A stretch of DNA of 63,597 bases, filler included, from Folioceros fuciformis (GCA_049999805.1; 7 parts of 7 records of this genome joined end to end with filler, not necessarily neighbours in it); one strand, 5' to 3'; shown: positions 47,001-60,027, counted from the whole stretch's first letter. A program made the numbers and translations. The notes: generated by a model from the letters alone, not told the origin.

Positions 47001-48089
47001 GTGTAATGTAAGCATGGTACAAAGAGGAATAAAACACAATTGCATCAGTCTTTTTCTCTCAGTCCACTTACACAGAAGAGCCATAACGAGTCCCACTGAA
47101 AAACAGTTCTGTACATGTCTAGACCGCTCACCTTGTCGTGGTCCCAGAGAAAATCAGTGAATTTTCTCCACTCATCAACTGTTGCAGTCCTATCCCCGAA
47201 TGGATATAGAAGAAACTTGGGAAACCCATTAAGTGAAACCGCTGTGGAACTGTATAAACGATGTATTTGAAGCTGAATTTCCTTGGACCTGTGAAATCCA
47301 AAGGAAGTCAGCTGCATCGCACTTAGTACTGGGGCGTCGGTCAATGCGACTCACACAGTGAATGGAGGTTTCTCGAAGCTGACAACCGGTGAAATTCTTT
47401 TTCCATCCATGACCAGATTTGCAATACACTGGATCTCTCTCCCTGCACGGAAGAGATAGCATCAGAGAAAAAGATTGCGATTCGTTTGACGGCTTTTCAC
47501 AATGAGGCAGGAACCGCAAGCCCGACCTTCTCCTTGTGCTAAAACTGCTTCCACTTGTTTTCTTGGGAAGGCGTAATATCCAGGAGTCTTCGGTGGAGGG
47601 CACGCCAGCAGCGAACCGGTAGGCCGCTGGGTTACATCAGACAGTGCCACCGATAAACCGGAATCCGCTTGTGGGAACGTGACATGTCCGGTGCTTCCTG
47701 GGCTTGGGTACGGCTGGGCATACAATGGGACTTGGAAAAAACCCCCTGAGGCAGGTGTCATCAAGGGTGGGCCCGGGAACAGTGCGCCTTCAGCGCCTGA
47801 ATAGAATGCAACCGAGTCCGGGCGAATTTCCACCCCATGCTGTGGAAAGAAAGGAGAGAGACCCACAAAAGGACCGTCGGTCCCTGGCATCCAGGTGCGA
47901 GGGCCATATTCACCACCCTGCGCCAATTCCGCAGCGGCGGGGCCTGTAATCGATTGCGCACCTGCAACAGGAAACAAGAGGCGAGCTAGTCAGTGCTTCC
48001 TGCTTCAAGAACTGAGCTCGTACTAAATTCCAGCTCATCCAGCCGCAAATGCTTGGGCTCATACCTTCCAGAGGCCGGTTCACATCCAT
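44031..48089 (-). CDS. MORC: MORC-family GHKL ATPase with a CW-type zinc finger and a long N-terminal extension; multi-exon
   Basis: [71 protein letters not shown] and LNTKQGF, then the CW finger [20 protein letters not shown]. The proposed first exon MDVNRPLE(G) is phase-consistent. Stop at 44031-44033. Confidence 0.9.
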
Positions 48090-49110
48090 GCCTTCGCCCC
48101 TTAAACGCACCCCCACGGCAAAACATAACCACCACCACAGTTCCCTGACCCCGATCCCTCTCTGCGGGAAAACTGACGCACTCAGCGCATCCGGTTCCGC
48201 GCATGACGATCTCGGACTTGTCCTGCGAACAAGCAAGCGACAAGAAACGCATAAGCCCGGAGTCACCACAATCCCCATCCCGTGAAAGCGCTACAGGCGG
48301 GCACAGACAACACATCGGGCTACAACTTCAGGATAAGAACACACCTTGAAGGCAACGACAAACAAGGCGCGCTCTGAGAGACATTACAGACATGCACAAC
48401 GCGGTGACCAGCGAGCTTCCAACTGGACAGATTCCAGAAGGGAGGAGAAGCTGAGCACAGGAGTAACGCGATAAGCAATCCATCTGAAGTCGATTTGAAG
48501 GCAAACACTGCACGGCCGCAAACTTGCCGCCATTTCCAGAACGCGAAACTGAATGGCGGCGTAGAGGTGATTTGCTACCCACGCTGCGTCTGCTCTGTGA
48601 TCGTCACGCCCTACGATTTGTAGCATGTGCAAAGCACCTGGTCTAGGATTCTTCATCTGATAGTGTGCTGAGCCTTTTACCTCTGACAACCTTTAAACCT
48701 GCTGCACACAAATTACGTCCCTCATTCGGGATCCCATCACATTATCTTCTGACACCCGTTTTAAATAGGCTTTAGTGATTTGCACGCCCCGTTCTGTCTC
48801 GGGTTTTGTAATTCGCTTGTGAAAACGGTTTTTTCTGTCTCCGTAACTAACAGGTTTCATAATCGCTCGAACCGAGGGCTGCATAATATCTTTGTATTAT
48901 AATACATTATAATAATATTTGTAAGTATAATTGGTACTCTTTTAAGCATTATTTCATTGTAGAGAAACATCTTGTACAAGTACGGCTAGCTCACCTTCAA
49001 GGTTCCTTAATTCTAGGGAAACATTCTTCACAATTATATTTGGCCCTCCTTCAGGGATTCCTTAATTCCTAAGCCAACTTGGCCTCAACTCCACTCTTGC
49101 TCATGAAAGG

Positions 49111-49347
49111 AAGTTGGAACTTGGCTTTGAGCTTGATTTCGAATTTAGGCATTCCATATCACATGAGCAAAATCTCACATTGTGATAAGTTTTGGCTTAG
49201 GCTTGGTCCATCCTGTAGGCACGCTTCCTGTCAAGTTGAAGTTGGAACTTGGCTTTTAGCTTGACCTAGTATTCATGAATTCCATATTGCATGAGCAACA
49301 TTTTGCATTGTGATAAGTTTTCGCTTAGGCTTAGTCTATCCTCTAGG
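49111..49347. repeat. ~128-bp imperfect direct duplication
   Basis: aagttggaacttggcttt.agcttga..ttccatat..catgagcaa..cattgtgataagtttt.gcttaggctt.gtc.atcct.tagg at about 49111 and 49239. Confidence 0.75.
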
Positions 49348-50332
49348 TGTGATCCCTTTTAACTTGCACCTATGAGTACTCTCCTTAACTTGGGGACACA
49401 TTTGGCTCCATGTTCTATGCGTGAGCAGGATGTCATTCGAGACGTCATGTTCCCCATTACCAGGGAAGGTAGGTTTTTTCCCATTTAGAGTGCACCCCTA
49501 CACCTTGCTTAAAGGGTTTACCTTTAGCTTGATCTATTCTTGAACTTCAATTATTAGGTTTAAATTACATATGTAGTTGTTACTAATTCAATTCAGGACA
49601 CTGTTTATGAAGACTTGCTTGCCATACGATGTCTAAACATATATGACATTAGTAGCACTCTCTACATCTTCTTCCCATAGGAACATTTGTAAGTCACCCT
49701 AGACTTGCTTGCGGTCTATGGAGCTAGGTTATTCAAAGCAGCAAAAAATTATTGGTTGTTCTTGGCTACTTAGGCCACTAGCATAGGATGCTTATGTTGT
49801 ATTGTAGTATGCTTTTGTTAGCGTGGAATGCATGACTATGCAAAAAATGAACATACCTGATGTGAACAACTTGGGGCATATGTTTCACAAGTAAACATTG
49901 CTTTTTGGGGAAATGTGGATGCCAAGATGTCATTTTGACCGTACACTAAGCTCAATCCCAATCCTCGCAAATGGGAAGACTAGAAGTCGGTGAAAAGCCC
50001 GGTCCTAAGCCTCTAACCCCGTGTTTTAAGGATCACATGTCTTAAAAAGGCCTAATTTGTAATTAGTATGACCACATAGTCACATACCCCATGGACCCAT
50101 ATGTTTACAATTGGTATGGCCACATATCTTCATGGGCCCATATCTTCATTTATCTATATCACGCTATGGACCATGATGCAAATGTCTAATGATGTGCTCA
50201 ATGGAAAGAGATAAGGGGATGATTGGACACATCGGCCCACTCTTGGACACCACTCTAATAGGCTACAAGCCCCCAATGGCAATAGTGGGCTTCTTTAACA
50301 CAACCTTCCTTGAGAGCACTTGGCAAAGGAGA

Positions 50333-52604
50333 TGTTGGAGAATAACAGCATGTACATCACATATTAGGGTTTTAGCACTATGGTTTTAAGTCATATCGCC
50401 ATACACACTTTAGCGCACATTTCATGCAGAGGCCCATTATCGTTAGTTCACTAGACGGGCAAGTCGTTATGAACCATGACCACGCAAGCGGTTAAAGAAT
50501 CGACTCTATACAGTATAAGAACAAGCTTTCATGTATCAATTTCAATTCCTCTTTATGGTATTAGAGCCACTGAGCTCAGTGGCGTTCGATACCTCACAAG
50601 CACCTTATGCCTGGTCTTCACAAATCCATCGCAATGGAGCTACAAGGCACTCACAACAATTAGTGCTTGCAATCCTAAAACTGGCAACATGGCTCGAAAG
50701 TGCAATACGACGAGCTACTCACCTTTAGACCAGGCCTCGCCCCCATGGCAAGTCATCTGCAATCATTACATTGCAAAGATGATGTGCGGCTTTGGATCTA
50801 ATCCTCAAAGTGCACCTACTCCATCATCGTTGCCACCTTGCCCATCACCATGTTGATGGTTTCCTAACCCATCATTTGCAGGACCATCCCGCAATCATTT
50901 AAGCACACTTCCTACCAGGACAATTGTTACACTTGAAGACCTGAAGACACATCTTTCAGCAATCACATCTTTCAGCAATCAAGCATCAAATGAAGTCACT
51001 CCATCATGCAGTTGAGACAATTTCTCTTAGTAATAGATGGTAGATAGTATTCTACACACCATTTAGAAGGCATTTATGCTCGCTTTCAACCCTCTTAAGA
51101 ACTACAAGAGAAAATTTGAGAAACACACAACAATCATGAGCACACCAGTCTCCACAGTAGTCAACACTATCAAAATTGAGTACAGTGACTGCGACCAGTT
51201 TAATGGAACTGATTTTGCAGTGTGGAAGATGAGAAATACCGCTCTACTTAAAGAGCACGACCTGAAGGAGATTGTTGATGGCATGCTGGCCGTGCCAAGG
51301 CCCAATTCCAATCCCGTTGGAAATGCGAGGTACAATCACAACCTGGACCAAAAAGGACAAGCGCGCACACAACGCCCTCATCTCTGCACTCGACAAGAGT
51401 ATGCTTCAACACACTCAAAGCATTAAAGACATACACAGGATCTGGAAGACATTCAACGATATGTTCCTGGCCCAAGACTCTATGTCGCTAGTAAACGCAA
51501 CAAGACTGTTTTACTAGCTAAAGATGAGGGATAGAGAGAGTATTGAACGACACATTAGCAACTTTCAAGTAGCACTACTCGCAACTCGGTGTAGCCAACA
51601 CCATAGTCACGAAACACCAAGCTGCAGTAATACTTCTCACATCCTTGCATGCATCTTACATGACCTTTGTTAGCTCCCAAAACTCCATCATCAAACAATC
51701 AGGAAGAGCAACTAAAGCCAGAGGTGCCCAATCGGACATCTTCTCTGAAATCATAATAGCTCTACTTGAGGAGGAATCAAGCCGTGGCTCCAATCCATGA
51801 ATTGGCCAAGGTAGCACTAATCACGCACTCTTCACCTCTCGAGGCCGAGGTGGTAGAAGAGGCAGAGGATGTGGTAACTTCTCAAACCGGCGATCCTACG
51901 ACTCGTAGCAATAGTAGTCACCTAGAGCCTACAACAAAATCAACCATAATGGTAAAAAAAGGAATATCTAAGGATCATGCAATTGGTGCAAGATCCCATG
52001 CCACTTCAAGCACGAGTGCAGGAAGAAGCTATCAAGAGAACCCCGTCGTAACTCACCCATGAACGAGTCTAATATGTGAATGACTTCCAAGTCACCACCA
52101 GCAAATTCTATCTTAGCAATATGCCTGATGTTAACCAAGACTGACAATTATCAATGGTTCTTGGATTCAAAGGCAACTACTCATATTTGCAGAAGCAAGG
52201 ATATGTTCACATCCTACCATGACGTCCTCTTTGACCAGCACGTGTTGCTTGGTGAGGATAGCTTACTCCTTGTCCAAGGTGCAAGTGAAGTTGCACTGAG
52301 ACTGTCCAATAGGGAATCTCTCAACATCATTTGAGTGCTCCACGTACCAACAATGACCGAGAACCTTCTATTACTAAGAAAGTTGGCCATAAAGCACGAT
52401 CTCATGATTACTTTTCAAGGCAATCACTGCACAATTTATCACTCGAAGGATCACCATCAAACTGCACGGGCTCACAGACTACCCTACAATGATTTGTACC
52501 TGTTGAACATACAATCCTCTTCATCCCTTGTCGCCGACAACTCTTCATTCATCAGCCTCTCGCAACAACACCTTGCTATGGTGTGGACTCCACATGCTGA
52601 ATAG
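50333..52604 (+). mobile_element. Degenerate Ty1/Copia LTR retrotransposon, 5' part (LTR, PBS, gag, protease)
   Basis: Candidate LTR start tgttg at 50333 and a tRNA-Met-type PBS tggtattagagc at 50556-50567. Gag FNGTDFAVWKMR, zinc knuckle CNWCKIPCHFKHEC (about 51978-52020), protease WFLDSKATTHIC and VLHVPTMTENLL. Multiple stops and frameshifts. Confidence 0.85.
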
Positions 52605-53252
52605 ACCATGGGAAATGATAGGTTTTCCTTTGTTTTTTTGGATCTGTGAATGAGTGCTGTAGAGGAAAGGTTGGGAGATTAGGTTAGAATGGTAGCTAGA
52701 TTTATTGCGAGTCGATAGTGTAGGTAGGTTGTGTGGTAGATAGGGCACGGGCTCTCATTCCTCAGGGTAAGGTAACGGAGGAATAGGAAACCAGGACGGG
52801 TCGTGGAAGGCGAGCCGGGGGTCCTCTGGCTATTGCGGGGAGCAGTGGGAGATGGAGATCGAGGTGCTTGGGCCGAGGACCTGGGGTCAGGCAGCCGGGT
52901 TGGTGGCTGTTGGGAAGCTTTGGCCGCAACCTAGCCCGGTCCAGTCAGGCAGGAAGCAAAGGTGGTGTCGGATTGGGGCTAGGCAACGGTGGGAGGCGGG
53001 TCAGTCCGAGTCTGGAGGGCAGCGAGGCCGAAGATGGCCGTGGGGTTAGAGGTCTCTAGGGCTGTTACTGGAGCAGTGGGAGAGTTAGGTGGCCAGGCAA
53101 GGTGTGAGCAGTCCCATTCGGGTCCAGACATAGCAGCCGAGCAGGGTGCTGGNNNNNNNNNNNNNNNNNNNNNNNNNNNNNNNNNNNNNNNNNNNNTTAA
53201 TTAATTAANNNNNNNNNNNNNNNNNNNNNNNNNNNNNNNNNNNNNNNNNNNN

Positions 53253-53545
53253 TGGAACGCCGTCGTCCAGGGCCATGCTGAGAGTGGTGCTGGCCGAAGG
53301 ACACTAGAGCTGTTTCAGCAAATGGAACAAGAGGGCGTACAACCGGAGATGCTGCTAGGTCGTGGTGGATGTCTCGATGAGGGAAAGGACTTCATCTAGA
53401 GCACGCCATCTGAAGCAGGCATTGTAGTCTGCACAGTCTTTGACCGGGCATGCCAGGTTCTTGGCAACGTGAAGCTCGGGAGACATGCTCTTGAGCAGGT
53501 CTTGCAGCTGGATGCAACAGATGTCTTGATGTTAAACATTTTGCG
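53253..53545 (+). pseudogene. PLS/E-class PPR gene relic
   Basis: WNAVVQGHAESG..LELFQQMEQEGVQP, LGRGGCLDEG (followed by an in-frame stop) and E-domain-like ACQVLGNVKLGRHALEQVLQLD. Confidence 0.75.
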
Positions 53546-53593
53546 GGAGCTGGTAACAGGGCAGAGAGCAACCACGCGAGTCAGAAAACAAGG

Positions 53594-54034
53594 CAGGGTT
53601 GCTTCCTCTCGCTTCTGTTTTCTTCATGGAGTCTTGCTTGTGGTGGCGGCGTTGTTGTCTTGCTTGTGGTGGCGCTGCAGTTGGTAACTGGCCATTTGTT
53701 TGTTGTGGAGGGATTGTTGTTGCTAACTCGCCATTTGTTGTATTTATGAGGCATGATGAAAACACATTTGTTTTTCCTACTTCAAGATGAGTGAAGCATG
53801 ATGCAAGTTGCAACACTCATCTTGAAGTAAGAGAAACAAATTTGTTTATAAGGCCTCATGAATACAACAAACGATCGGTCACTAACAACTGGACCACCAC
53901 CGAAAAAGACTCCAACGAGCTGATAGCAATTGCAGCACCGAAAAAGAGCCCACAACAAACAAACGAGCAGATAGCAATTGCAGCGCCATCACAAACAAGA
54001 CTCCATGAGGAGATAGTGAGAAGAGGCAACCCTG
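53594..54034. mobile_element. Fold-back / MITE-like non-autonomous element with CAGGGTTGC termini
   Basis: The left end cagggttgcttcctctcgc pairs with the right end gtgagaagaggcaaccctg. Internal arms also pair, e.g. tacttcaagatgagtg with cactcatcttgaagta. No clear target-site duplication. Confidence 0.75.
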
Positions 54035-54559
54035 TCTCTCTCCTATTACTGAGAAGTTGTTTGAGTTTGATGCGCGAACAACTGAATACCTGATTTAGAA
54101 CTTATGGAACCAGGTTCGAACGATAGTTAGGGGTGTTTTTATTACCTTGTGGACATTTATGCAAAATGTATCAAACATAAATTCGCGGACCAAATTTTTG
54201 ACAGCATGGTCTCCGAAGAAGATGTGACATGGAATATGTTGATATACTGCCTACTAAAGAGTGGTGAACTGGAAAATGTGTTAGAAATCAAGCTCTACCT
54301 GAATTGTTAGAGCTTTTTGTTGTTAGAGCTTTTTGGCCGAGTCTACGCTGTGCATACATCTTTTGAGGCCATGCTGTCAAAAAGAACCTGACATGCATCT
54401 TATCTGACATGCATCTTGTTGAAATAGCACCACTAGCTTAGATGGACTCCACATTACATTTCTTATGGTGCACAAGATGCTACAAATATAGCCTTCAGGC
54501 AGGGCAACCCTCGATGAGGTAAGCCTTAGTCTCGAAGGTGCAATATCTTGGTGAGGATA

Positions 54560-55292
54560 TTGCACCTTCGGTCCTCCTGTGAGGACAGTCATAGCATTAG
54601 CAGTAGCTAAAGGATGGAAGTTATGGCAAATGGATGTCAAGAATGCTTTCTTGAATGGTGAGTTGTAGGAGGAAGTGTACGTGGAACAGCCTAAAGGCTA
54701 TGTTCATCCTAAGTTTCCAATGTAAGTATGCAAACTGAAGAAGGCATTGTATGGACTCAAACAGGCACCTAGAGCATGGAATGCTCGTATCACAAGCTAT
54801 TTGAAGGAGCGAGGGTTTGTGATTGGAGATGCAGATCATAGTCTATTTGTAAAACAGAACAAGGTAGGACAAGTGTGTCTTGTCGTTTATGTTGACGACC
54901 TGATCATCACAGGAGATGATGCAGATGGTATTGCATATGTCAAGGCGAATCTGCAAAAAGAGTTGAATGTGAAGGATCTTGGTGGACTCAGATACTTCTT
55001 AGGAATTAAGGTTTTGTCTACACCTTAAGGAATTCAACTATTGCAAAAACAATATGCTAAGGATATGCTGCAGACGTATGGCATGGCAGATTGCAAAGCG
55101 ATGGATACACCATTGGAGCAGAACGTCAAGCTGCAAATGGATGTAGGAACTGAGCTGAAAAATGTGACCATGTATTGACAAATAGTCGGAAGTTTGATCT
55201 ACTTGACTATCACACGTCCTGACTTAAGTTATGCAGTAGGATTGATTAGTCAATTCATGCAGAACCCAAGGAAACCGCACTTGGATGCAGTA
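54560..55292 (+). mobile_element. Degenerate Copia reverse transcriptase fragment
   Basis: WQMDVKNAFLNGEL, LKKALYGLKQAPRAWN, VYVDDLIITG, KDLGGLRYFLGI and LIYLTITRPDLSYAVG, with in-frame stops. Confidence 0.92.
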
Positions 55293-55327
55293 AGCCTTAG
55301 GTGCGGTTTCCTTGGGTTCTACATGGG

Positions 55328-55477
55328 TAGGGTTGCCTCCTCTCGCTTCTGTTCTCCTCATGGAGTCTTGTTTGTGGTGGCGTTGTTGTTACTGACAAGC
55401 TGTTTGTTGTGTTCATCAGGCATCAAAACTGATTTGTTTCTCTTACTTCAAGATTAGTGAAGCATGATGCAAATTGC
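55328..55477. mobile_element. Second, partial copy (left arm) of the CAGGGTTGC fold-back element
   Basis: agggttgcctcctctcgcttctg..catggagtcttg..ttacttcaagattagtgaagcatgatgcaa matches 53595-53810 with an internal deletion. Confidence 0.8.
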
Positions 55478-56639
55478 ATCATTCTGGATTTTATCAGGAA
55501 AAAAGAGAATCCTGCCAAGCAGGATGAGCTCTTGGAGTTGTTGGCTTGGAGCATTGAGGGCAAGTTGTTGGAAAAGCAGAAGAGGATCATAGATAAGGGG
55601 CAGATGATTAAGATGATGGAGGAGGATACGAAATTTCGAATCCAATGTGTGGAGTACAACTTGTTCAGGGTGTCGAACTCAAATACTTTGAAGGAGTCTT
55701 TGAGTTCTTCCAAGACAAACTAGAAGCAATTGTGGGGTTGAAGTTTGGTCGTAAAGACATGAGCAGGAAAGCTTGGTGGNNNNNNNNNNNNNNNNNNNNN
55801 NNNNNNNNNNNNNNNNNNNNNNNTTAATTAATTAANNNNNNNNNNNNNNNNNNNNNNNNNNNNNNNNNNNNNNNNNNNNTTAAAGTTGTAAAGCTTCACT
55901 CCAATTAGAACGGTCTTGCCCACTTGTTGGAATTTAAGAAGTTGATTCTTTTGTTATGGTAGTTGGCTAGCTAGCTTCAAGTACTTTCTTTCCCTTTGTT
56001 TATTTCTACTTTGGGTGTCAAATAGTCAAGCTTCCTCTACTAAGAGCCTTGAGATTTTGGAACTTCAATTTTGTTCTTTCTTTACAATCAACAAATTCAT
56101 ATTAGGAGGCTAGCCCACCAACCAGTAGGGTGCATTTATTATTCCTAAACTGGAAAAACCATACCACTTTGACTCTTAGCAAAATCTATTTCTAATTCAA
56201 GAAAAATAATGCCCAACTATTTCTTGATAAAGTGTATGCAACTCTAAATGTACATGATGTATCCTAATAATATCTATCTACACCCTTATTCTTGCCAACC
56301 TTAGCTATTAATTTGGCTGTAAAGTATGTGCACGTATCATTCTGATAACAAAACAATCGCAAAAGAAACCCACTACTCCCAAAGAATACCTTAAGGATTG
56401 GAATAGAAATGAGAGAATTAGGCTCGACGAAGATCTCCACGATTGAGCGCTACCCAATTGACTTAGACTCTTTTTCATGACTCAATGTTAGCATCTATTT
56501 ATCATCCATTCCACTAAAACATGATGACATAACCACAAAAATGGAAGGATTGAACTAAAGCTACAAAACTGATTTTTACTCAAAATTTTGCTAACCCATA
56601 AGCTTGCATAAAATAACTCCTTGAACTTCTCACTTATAA

Positions 56640-57010
56640 AACACTACATGCAATCAGAAACCCATGTTCTTCCCGGTTTTGGTCCTTCAACTAAATATCT
56701 TTGAGCGATAGGAAACCAAGTGTGGTACAATTTTATGCACTCCCCCATTGACTCTTGTCTCAAGACCTTTCCTTTGCAAAGTAGACAACTCATAAAACCC
56801 ATTAGCAAAAGTAAACTTGACCACATAGGGACCTAACCAACAAACTCTGAACTTCCCAGGAATTGATTGAACCAACTATCAAAAAGAAGAACCAAATCAC
56901 CAACCTCAAACTTTTTCTGAACCTGTAACTTGCTATCGTATCATAAATTTTATTTTCTCTACAAAATCTGCCTATTTTGAAGCGCCAATCTCCTTTTTCA
57001 TCCAATACCT
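56640..57010 (-). mobile_element. Ty3/gypsy integrase C-terminal (GPY/F) relic
   Basis: PGKFRVCWLGPYVVKFTFANGFYELSTLQRKGLETRVNG; frameshifted. Confidence 0.7.
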
Positions 57011-57025
57011 CTAGCCAAGATCACA

Positions 57026-57163
57026 TTGTTAGATGTTCTGCATGTTCCTCGCATGGTCAAAAATCTTGTGTCAGTAAAGAAGATGAAGATCTCCTTACCC
57101 AGAGTACGTGTGTTGTTCGAATCCGAGCCTGATGAGTGCCAAATCGAACAAGATGGACTCCTC
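57026..57163 (+). mobile_element. Copia pol fragment (post-protease region)
   Basis: LDVLHVPRMVKNLVSVKKM, cut by the gap. Confidence 0.65.
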
Positions 57164-57263
57164 NNNNNNNNNNNNNNNNNNNNNNNNNNNNNNNNNNNNN
57201 NNNNNNNTTAATTAATTAANNNNNNNNNNNNNNNNNNNNNNNNNNNNNNNNNNNNNNNNNNNN

Positions 57264-58776
57264 TTGCATTTGACAGTAGTTCTGCCTTTCGGCAAGTTTA
57301 CTAGAGTCCAAGTATTATTTTTGATAAGAGAATTATATTCATCATCAATAGCAAACTTCCACATAACTGCATCAGGTCGCGAATATGCCTCTTGAAGAGT
57401 GAAAGGATCTCCCTCTGAAGGGGCAACACTGAAGGCGTTGAAATGACCTGCAGCAGTGGTGGTGTAGCCAGCTTGATTGAACTCTAAATCAAGGGGGATC
57501 TCATTCCAGAGGTGTCTCGGTTGACGATGACGCGAAGGATACCTTCGCTTAGGGGCAGGATCAAGTGTGGGCCCTTCACTCCTGCTCCACCTTCAGGCAT
57601 AAGGTCACCTGGGTCGGAAGAAGTAGTGTCGTCTGAAGGAGCCGAAGTAGAATCCATGGATTCAGAACGAGCAGATGCTAACCGATCCTCATCAAAGGTG
57701 ACAGTGCGAGCATATACAATAGCATGGGTAACCAAGTCAACTAGTTTATAAGCCTTACACTCCTCGCCATAGCCAACAAATACCAGCTTGCGAGCGCGAG
57801 CAGAAAGCTTGTCGCGAATCTGAGAAGGAATATTAGCATAGGCAGGGCAGCCGAAAATTCGAAGATGAGTAATAAGTGGCTTATATCCATGCCAGGACTC
57901 AAAGGGAGTCTGGCCAAGAACTGACTTGGAAAGAACCCTGTTGCGTAGATATGCCGCAGTATTAACCGCTTCGGCCCAGAAGGGTTTGGAGAGCTGAGCG
58001 CGGGCTAGCATGGCGCGGGCCATGGCGAGCAGATCACCGTTGGCCTTTTCAACAACCCCATTCTACTGAGAAGTATAGGGAACCGTAAACTGATGGATAA
58101 TCCCCCTCTCAAGACAGAAGTCCTTAAAGTGCCGGTTATTTAATTCTCCTGCATTGTCAGATCTAATGCACCGAAGCTTGCAACCGGTTTGCAGCTCAGC
58201 CATAGTGACAAAAGGAGTAAAGGAGCTGAAAGAATCACTCTTCAACTTGAGCGGAATAGCAAAGGTATAGCGACTATAGTCATCAACAAGGGTCATAAAG
58301 TGCAGTGCGCCGCCAAGTGAAGGGACTGGGAGTGGACCACAAAGATCAACATGGACCAACTCCAAGGGCTGAGTAGCCCGACGCGCAGGTAGAGTAGGAT
58401 AGGGGAAGCTACGTTGTTTAGCATATATACAAGGTTCACATAACGGAGGAGTCTGTGAAAAGTGTGGTAGCTTATCCCTAAATAAATCTGGCCTAGACAT
58501 CTCTAAAAGCTTATCATGATTAATATGTCCAAGCCGAGAATGCCATAATAGGGAGTCACCTCTGCGAGAACTCCCTCTGTCGACCACAGTGGCCATTGCG
58601 GGAGCTGGGGTCGAGGAAGCTGTGATCACTGGTACGGCGGAGAAGACATAGAGGTCATGCCGCGGACCACCTCTAGCAACCACGCGACCAGGAGAAACAG
58701 ATCTTGTGAGGAGGCAATCGCCTCTGCCAAACTCTAGCCTGAAAGTACCGTCCTTCACCAAGTGTCGGACGGAGAT
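57264..58776 (-). mobile_element. Copia pol fragment: GAG-pre-integrase, integrase and start of RT
   Basis: LWHSRLGHIN..CEPCIYAKQ, LELVHVDLCGP, LVDDYSRY, IRSDNAGE, FWAEAVNTAAYLRNR, LRIFGCPAY and IDDEYNSLIKNNTWTLVNLP. One premature stop at 58063-58065 and a frameshift. Confidence 0.95.
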
Positions 58777-58999
58777 NNNNNNNNNNNNNNNNNNNNNNNN
58801 NNNNNNNNNNNNNNNNNNNNTTAATTAATTAANNNNNNNNNNNNNNNNNNNNNNNNNNNNNNNNNNNNNNNNNNNNAATGCCTTATGGTGACATGTGGCT
58901 ACACCACCCAATAGTCAGGTCAGATGACGGTGGCGGTTGGTAACTAGCTGTAGGCTCCCGACGCCAGGTGTTGGCTGCTGCCCTGCGATGGCTCTGGAG

Positions 59000-60027
59000 C
59001 GTCCACCATCACTGAATTTACATATGAAATTAAGCCGCCCATGATGCCTATCTCTCTCGTTGTGGAGTGAGATCTGGCAGTGGATCTCTTGCTATTAGGG
59101 GAGCACCCAATCTTGTAGACATAGAATCTAGGCCTTGAAAGACTGCTGGCCAGGTGTTCAGAGTCAATCCTTGAAAGGCAGCAAGATGGATCATTGCTCC
59201 TCCAACGTCAGCAAGGCAATTTGTAAATGCGGTGATGTGGTTTCAACATGCTGATCCAGGTGTAAAATTGTAGCTTCAAATGATGAACTTCTCGCGTGAA
59301 GTCCCGCTATAGCTAGTTCTTGAACAGCAAATCTCTTAGCAATTTCAGGGCGTAAGCTTGCAATCTCTGAGAGTGGATTGTCTCGTAGATTTTCAGGTGG
59401 GTTTTCTCGTAGTATTCTGTTGTTTCTTCTGAGTTCAGCTTGTCGCTGACTCCTGTTAAGATTAGGAGTAGACTGAGAATCAAAGAGCAATTCAGAACGT
59501 AGGCTAGGACGAAGGGGCACTGTGTAGGCTGCCACTTCCTGATAGCTATCTGAACTTTCACTGTAAGGCTGACGCTTATCTCTTTGATTACAGAAATTCT
59601 CAATAGCCCGCTAAGGACGATTGGAACGTCTACGAGTCATCTCAATGAGATTCTCTAGTGACTTCTAGTTGCATTATTACTTAGAAGTTTAGAGTTTTTC
59701 CAGAATCTCTTAATCTAGTGCTAAAAATGCAGGGGCTTTGATCCATTATACACACAATGTAGCCTACTCTGCCTAGAGTGAGCTAACTTATGTGTGTAAT
59801 GCGATCTTCAGCCCCAGCATGCTAGCACTAAACTAAACACGCTCTGATACCATGTAAATAAATATAGCAGAAGTACTCTTAGACAAAACACACACAAAAT
59901 GCACAAGAGCGAATTAAATTCACAAAGCACAAAGTTCTTTAAATACAAAACTGTGTGTAACCCTAAGTTACATAAATAACCCTTATAAATTATAACTCAA
60001 GAGCAGGGTTAAACCTATTTACTAACA
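59000..60027 (-). mobile_element. 5' end of an LTR retrotransposon: ~175-bp LTR, perfect tRNA-Met PBS, leader and decayed gag-like ORF
   Basis: gctctgatacca at 59841-59852 is the reverse complement of TGGTATCAGAGC. It abuts a segment 59853-60027 bounded by TGT..ACA. A coiled-coil-like ORF lies at 59191-59535. Confidence 0.8.

Noticed and set aside
59000..60027. Endogenous caulimovirid (tRNA-Met PBS plus leader hairpin)
   Set aside because: The PBS directly abuts a TG..CA-bounded LTR-like segment, and no movement-protein or caulimovirid RT motifs are visible. An LTR retrotransposon is the simpler explanation.
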